This document shows positions 60,601 through 64,000 of a stretch of DNA of 64,000 bases, one piece after another. Within the stretch, counting starts at the first letter, position 1, and each line of letters begins with the position of its first letter. The stretch is from a virus: the IMG/VR virus record IMGVR_UViG_3300044615_001997, one strand, 5' to 3'. The notes beneath the pieces were generated by a model. It was given only the letters and a program-made list of their open reading frames with translations. It was not told the origin of the DNA and made no database searches. The position numbers and the translations under genes are program-made.

Positions 60601-62730
60601 ACTAAACAGACTTATGCCGATGTCGAAGCTCAGCGGATGGTGCAGTATCAACAAGCAGGCGTTAAATATGGCGGTATAAATTTTGAAAAAACTAGAGGAT
60701 TTAATATTGAAGATTTTACCTCTGCATTTACAGCAGCCAGCGACTTAAGACTCATTGGCGGCAAAGGTACACCTGTTGAAAAGATGGAGGGTTTTATGCA
60801 AAATGCTGGTGGTGCGATGTCCGCAGCTCGCAGTGTCTTTGGAGACGATTTGTCTGGGGGTCAGCTCGTAGGTAAAATAAGTGATTTGCTGGGCGGTAAA
60901 GCTCAAAACTTAACCTCTAGTCAAGGTTCGGAAGAAGTAGAAAAAATGCTCAGAGATGTAAAAGCAACAGCTAGAGTTGCAGGTATAAGTATAGATGCTT
61001 TGTTAGGGGTTATAGATGCTGCTAAGGAGGTGGCTAGAAATAACCCTAGATTGCGCATGATGAGTTCAGCAGCAATAACAGATATGACTATGAAAGCCTT
61101 GTCTACAACAGCATCCATGGCAGGTGTTATGAATGCTGAAGAATACCGTAGATCTGGCGGAACACAGCAAATGACTGCACAAAAAATAGGAGAAGATCAA
61201 AAACTTCTATCTTCAGATATAGGTCAATCTGTTATGGCGTTACAGCAAAAGTTTTCAGCTAATCCCGCACAGATGGCTGCGTTTGAAAGAGTCATGGAGG
61301 AGGGAGGTTATAACGAAACAGGCATAACTGAAAGAGATATTCCACGATTATTAAATGACTTAGCCTCTCAGCCTGAAATGGAGGGTATGAGTGCTTACGA
61401 TATGGCATTTGTCATGAACGATCCGACTTTAAGAGAGTTTGCATCTAAAAATGATGAAATAGTTAATAATACCCGTAGGGTGATGCAAAAAGCTGCAGGA
61501 TCACAATTTTTTAGAAGAGTAGAGTCTAGTACAGGACTCTCTAGAGAAGATTTAATAAACGAATTTACAGAGCGTAGAAAAACTGATGAAAATTTAACTC
61601 TTTCTGGATTTATAAGTGAGAAAGTGGGAGGTGTAGATCCAGCGGCTATGGGATTGTTTAAAGAATTGCAGCAAACAATATCTGAAGATTTTTATAGGGC
61701 AGTGGACCCAGAATATTTTAACAAGATTGACGAAACAAGAAAAAATCAAGCTGCTCTCGACGCTGAATTAGATAAAAAATTGGGTGGAAGAAATGCTCCA
61801 CTCATTACACAAATTGTCGACGAACTAGCTAGAGGTGATCAGCTCGACACATCAAAAACTGAAAAAATAATGCGGTTATTCGCAGATGAAGGCGTTTATA
61901 AGGATAAGGCTGAAATGGATAGACTCCAAACAGGCTTTACGCAAGCTATTGGAGCAGCTGCCACACAAGATGTCGAGGGAGCTGCTGAAGGGCTGTCTGA
62001 GGCGTTAAATGTAGATATCTCAGAACGAGATATTAACGATATAGTTGCTGGTGGAAAAGTTACTGGAAATTATAAAGAGGCGCAAAATGAATTTAGGCGA
62101 TTACTTGAAAATGGTCCTCAAAACGAACAAGAGGAAGTAAGATTAAGAGCTTATCAAGCAATGGAAGAATTGGGTTTGATAGACACTGATTCATCTTCTA
62201 CAGCTAAACAAAAAGCCTTTGAAGTATTTCAATCTGGTGAGGGAGCCGCTGGAGTTGTAGCCGGTGCCGTAGAGGCTGAGAAAAATAAAAAGAACCAAGA
62301 GCAGCTGCAGGAAGTTAAAACTCAAGTAGCTACTGGTTTAATGGACGAACTCCAGGTACGAGCAAGAGAGGGTTCTGGTTTAGGTGCTGTAGATGCGGCA
62401 GAGACACAAAAATTGTTAGATTATTATAGTGATAAAGGCGGGGCGGAACAGATGATGAAAGATGCCGCCGCAGGCACGGGCGCTTTTGATAAAGAGAGTG
62501 ATGTAGGAAAAACTTTCAACCAGGAAGAAGGAAGCACTATTAGCCAAGTAAAAGAGAGAATCAATACGGCTAATGAGCAAATTAATGAAACTGAGAAAAA
62601 GATTCAGGGTGAAGGTTCAGCATCTCCCGAAGAGGACGTAGCTAAACAATTAAAATCCTTGATTAAGGCTTTAGATGACAGTAAATTAACATCAGCTATT
62701 CAAAATTTAGCAGCTAACATTTCATCATAA
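57658..62730 (+). CDS. tape measure protein
   Basis: 1690 aa, helical, follows the G/GT-like pair. Confidence 0.8.
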   Translation: MPEVSSLPANPDVSQYSPYGRNYGNGLLNLLAFSAFGFNYAPKPEGAQGMYDAYYQRERSRQFMNIQTDAFANNMLFKAAGFDPENNMLQFAGKAFGSPDGMVARMLSPLIGGNPMAAQMQLYAGLSGASVMGAFGRIGDVSKGETDEMMRVIEKNFYRTTPIEQVSEDMNKDFVNELKKNPQLAEQLGIGVPITETGEIDQEASQNLKSRGIEREKKAADLLKLEQEFKINEQDLKRPYNPELTINASNRLQGVLKNIGLSEKDIEGLKNTPTGEINLTSTRANLNKAAERLKTPEKYTTQIADRMAEMMGMPFKKNFISREIQSEGGVPIKIDGRDVPVELHTQEQRDKIAAARQTASAINSPLPTTKDLVDKSNTTQRRQQAFEELDVAKDLAKKMGIEDINKLSYEQNQGVITNINGKNVPTELISAQKTAISTTDQPNLNQPNQPNLNQPNQPSLDNEGQSRIPPADPSLYADIVKPEENEKRRKELNINIQEGFKLIDAIQTNEKGKPYNKALQEELSGSLESRLVDLGVSADALENNRTNLNSFTPEFIKQLEETNQASTQKVNAFNEQLKTNQFKINTPDYDIEKSKQLTADIKKILREDLNVSDDELQSATGNTGVINTDFVKQAVEKRDQNIQDVSGLFKDLETLNNKRPVSKKELNAISSSIEEQIVQTGSLSQDQISSGKTEEGRVSSDLMQTLENVNETAIQDIKNLAGGLENNELKSAAKNYDKELSKVISDKIKEKLEKAFGATEAELSAATNQQGVVDPQYVRNKLAEQEKKVQGIKQEFNRLEELHKAQEKPGEFSDPAQIEANNERQAEIRKILKDTYGVTQEQLDKATDEQGNIKSEFIKEVYDKEIERAEVEKAGLEFDKVEEFKLSEEAPKIRARYFDRQMQAQELGNLQLELKEVQKIDTEAGRARAVEINEQIVTKLKALGVSDKEIEENSTSQGGFLGIGDTSYLNEDFIQNKQQELTKQTYADVEAQRMVQYQQAGVKYGGINFEKTRGFNIEDFTSAFTAASDLRLIGGKGTPVEKMEGFMQNAGGAMSAARSVFGDDLSGGQLVGKISDLLGGKAQNLTSSQGSEEVEKMLRDVKATARVAGISIDALLGVIDAAKEVARNNPRLRMMSSAAITDMTMKALSTTASMAGVMNAEEYRRSGGTQQMTAQKIGEDQKLLSSDIGQSVMALQQKFSANPAQMAAFERVMEEGGYNETGITERDIPRLLNDLASQPEMEGMSAYDMAFVMNDPTLREFASKNDEIVNNTRRVMQKAAGSQFFRRVESSTGLSREDLINEFTERRKTDENLTLSGFISEKVGGVDPAAMGLFKELQQTISEDFYRAVDPEYFNKIDETRKNQAALDAELDKKLGGRNAPLITQIVDELARGDQLDTSKTEKIMRLFADEGVYKDKAEMDRLQTGFTQAIGAAATQDVEGAAEGLSEALNVDISERDINDIVAGGKVTGNYKEAQNEFRRLLENGPQNEQEEVRLRAYQAMEELGLIDTDSSSTAKQKAFEVFQSGEGAAGVVAGAVEAEKNKKNQEQLQEVKTQVATGLMDELQVRAREGSGLGAVDAAETQKLLDYYSDKGGAEQMMKDAAAGTGAFDKESDVGKTFNQEEGSTISQVKERINTANEQINETEKKIQGEGSASPEEDVAKQLKSLIKALDDSKLTSAIQNLAANISS
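58978..59031 (+). repeat. 24-bp tandem repeat (QPNLNQPN)
   Basis: CAGCCTAATCTCAATCAGCCTAA twice plus partial copy. Confidence 0.85.
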
Positions 62731-62731
62731 T

Positions 62732-63175
62732 ATGGGTGCAGTATTTGTAACGCTTAAGGGAGGAGACATTTTTAAAGGTGTTTCAGGCATATCTCATTTA
62801 ATTAAGGTACCTAAAATAGACGACATTTTAGGACAATCTGGACTAGCGCTCTATACTCAAGTGAGTGTGCAATTAGGAGAAACGTTGCAATACTTTTTAA
62901 CGTTTGATGATGTTATTAAATTTATACATTTTGGCAAGGGCCTAGGTAATATTGTAGCTGACGGAATAATGTTTTCTGAGAGAAATGGAGATTTACCTGG
63001 ATTACCGCAATTTTTTCAAGCGTTTAGTTCTTTAAGAGGTAAAAAAGAAACTATTACTGTAGGGGGTGAAGCTTTCACTGTGGTTATTTCCAGCGCTAAT
63101 ATTACAGCTATAGGAGAGCCTGACACTATGGCGTATTTTCAAGCTGTCTTCACAATTGTAGATCATCAATTATAA
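62732..63175 (+). CDS. tail tube initiator or baseplate protein, putative
   Basis: Tube-like beta protein directly after tape measure. Confidence 0.55.
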   Translation: MGAVFVTLKGGDIFKGVSGISHLIKVPKIDDILGQSGLALYTQVSVQLGETLQYFLTFDDVIKFIHFGKGLGNIVADGIMFSERNGDLPGLPQFFQAFSSLRGKKETITVGGEAFTVVISSANITAIGEPDTMAYFQAVFTIVDHQL

Positions 63176-63177
63176 TT

Positions 63178-64000
63178 ATGGTTAATCACTACGCATCCTT
63201 ACTTTTGAATTTATCTGGAGAGAATGAGGTTAATGAAAATAAATCTTATTTTACCGACCATAGCTATAGCCAGTTGGAATTACCTTCAGCTTTAAAAGAA
63301 TTTTATAACCTGCTGTTTCCAGTAGGAAGTTCTTTTTATTATAGACAATTTTTATGTTATTGTTTTTTAAGGGTATTGCATTCTGCTAATATGCAAAATG
63401 AGATTATTAAATACGATAAACGAGTTTCTTATGACTTAGATCTTCTAAAGGAATATTTTAGATTGAAAAGATCTTCAGTTCCAACAACGTCTAACCCAAG
63501 TTTCACATTGACGTTATTGGGAGAATATACTGTTACTGGAGCAAATAATTATTATTTTAATTCTTATACAATTGCCCAAAATGGAGCTCTTCCTGAGGTA
63601 TACGTATATTCTGACGTGGATAAGCTTTTTTTAAAAAAGGACAAAGTGTCCCCGGTTAAATCAGATGAAATGCGAATACCGTTGATACCTACGTCTTCTC
63701 TTAGTATCGGAGGTAATTTTTATGCAGGAGGAGACTATATTCCTTACAGAATGACAAAAGCGGTACCGATTGGAACAACCGGACTAAGCTTTGTTTTATT
63801 GGGTAATTTTGATGATAATGTTTTTCCTGGAGGTAAGTTTACTGACACTCCTGATAAGTATTGGAACTTTATAGTCGAAAGCCCTTTTATATTCGAATTT
63901 ATGGATTTTTTTAATAAATTAGTTATGAGAGATACTGTCGTGGCTAGGATGATAAACTATGGTGAAAGTAATGTTACTAATTTAAATATTTTTAATAATC
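63178..64000 (+). CDS. baseplate-region protein, 3-prime truncated by window
   Basis: ATG 63178 (MVNHYASLLLNL...), frame appears open to window end. Confidence 0.6.
   Translation, partial: MVNHYASLLLNLSGENEVNENKSYFTDHSYSQLELPSALKEFYNLLFPVGSSFYYRQFLCYCFLRVLHSANMQNEIIKYDKRVSYDLDLLKEYFRLKRSSVPTTSNPSFTLTLLGEYTVTGANNYYFNSYTIAQNGALPEVYVYSDVDKLFLKKDKVSPVKSDEMRIPLIPTSSLSIGGNFYAGGDYIPYRMTKAVPIGTTGLSFVLLGNFDDNVFPGGKFTDTPDKYWNFIVESPFIFEFMDFFNKLVMRDTVVARMINYGESNVTNLNIFNN

Noticed and set aside
1-64000. Cellular rpoBC locus or prophage in a bacterial chromosome
   Set aside because: RNAP is fragmented and dispersed, there are no ribosomal protein neighbours or integrase, and phage-type genes run throughout
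1-64000. CRISPR array or cas genes
   Set aside because: No repeat-spacer periodicity seen; repeats found are coding or microsatellite-like
1-64000. Stop-codon reassignment
   Set aside because: Long genes are intact under code 11, TAA, TAG and TGA all end genes, and no suppressor tRNA is seen
1-64000. Phage nucleus shell (chimallin) or PhuZ tubulin
   Set aside because: No tubulin signature and nothing recognisable as a shell protein; cannot be excluded without structure searches

Overview
This window is a gene-dense, AT-rich 64-kb segment of a large tailed dsDNA phage (jumbo-type myovirus, standard genetic code), not a cellular chromosome. 1-7.3 kb (+): small genes, HNH, MazG-like protein, ATP-dependent DNA ligase, PhoH. 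7.3-14.3 kb (-): six tRNAs plus GMP reductase, class II ribonucleotide reductase and dCMP deaminase. 15-26.3 kb (-): an 18-repeat Cys-pair protein, a block of glycine-zipper proteins and a Rep_1-like HUH protein at the strand switch. 26.5-64 kb (+): RNA polymerase, then head, neck, contractile tail, tape measure and baseplate genes. The most notable system has three parts: (i) a bacterial-type multisubunit RNA polymerase cut into four dispersed genes, one fusing the beta C-terminal half to the beta-prime N-terminal half (catalytic GADSDGD); (ii) a prohead protease and a pervasive K-x-A motif, often in an F-x-x-G-F-x-K-x-A helix, shared by about 20 head-module proteins; (iii) many glycine-zipper membrane-type proteins, most carrying that motif. 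Together these suggest a virion-packaged, protease-matured transcription and membrane-entry apparatus, while structural genes use sigma70-like, often leaderless, promoters. A Verrucomicrobia-type C-terminal module hints at a PVC-superphylum host. All calls come from reading motifs by eye; no database searches were run.
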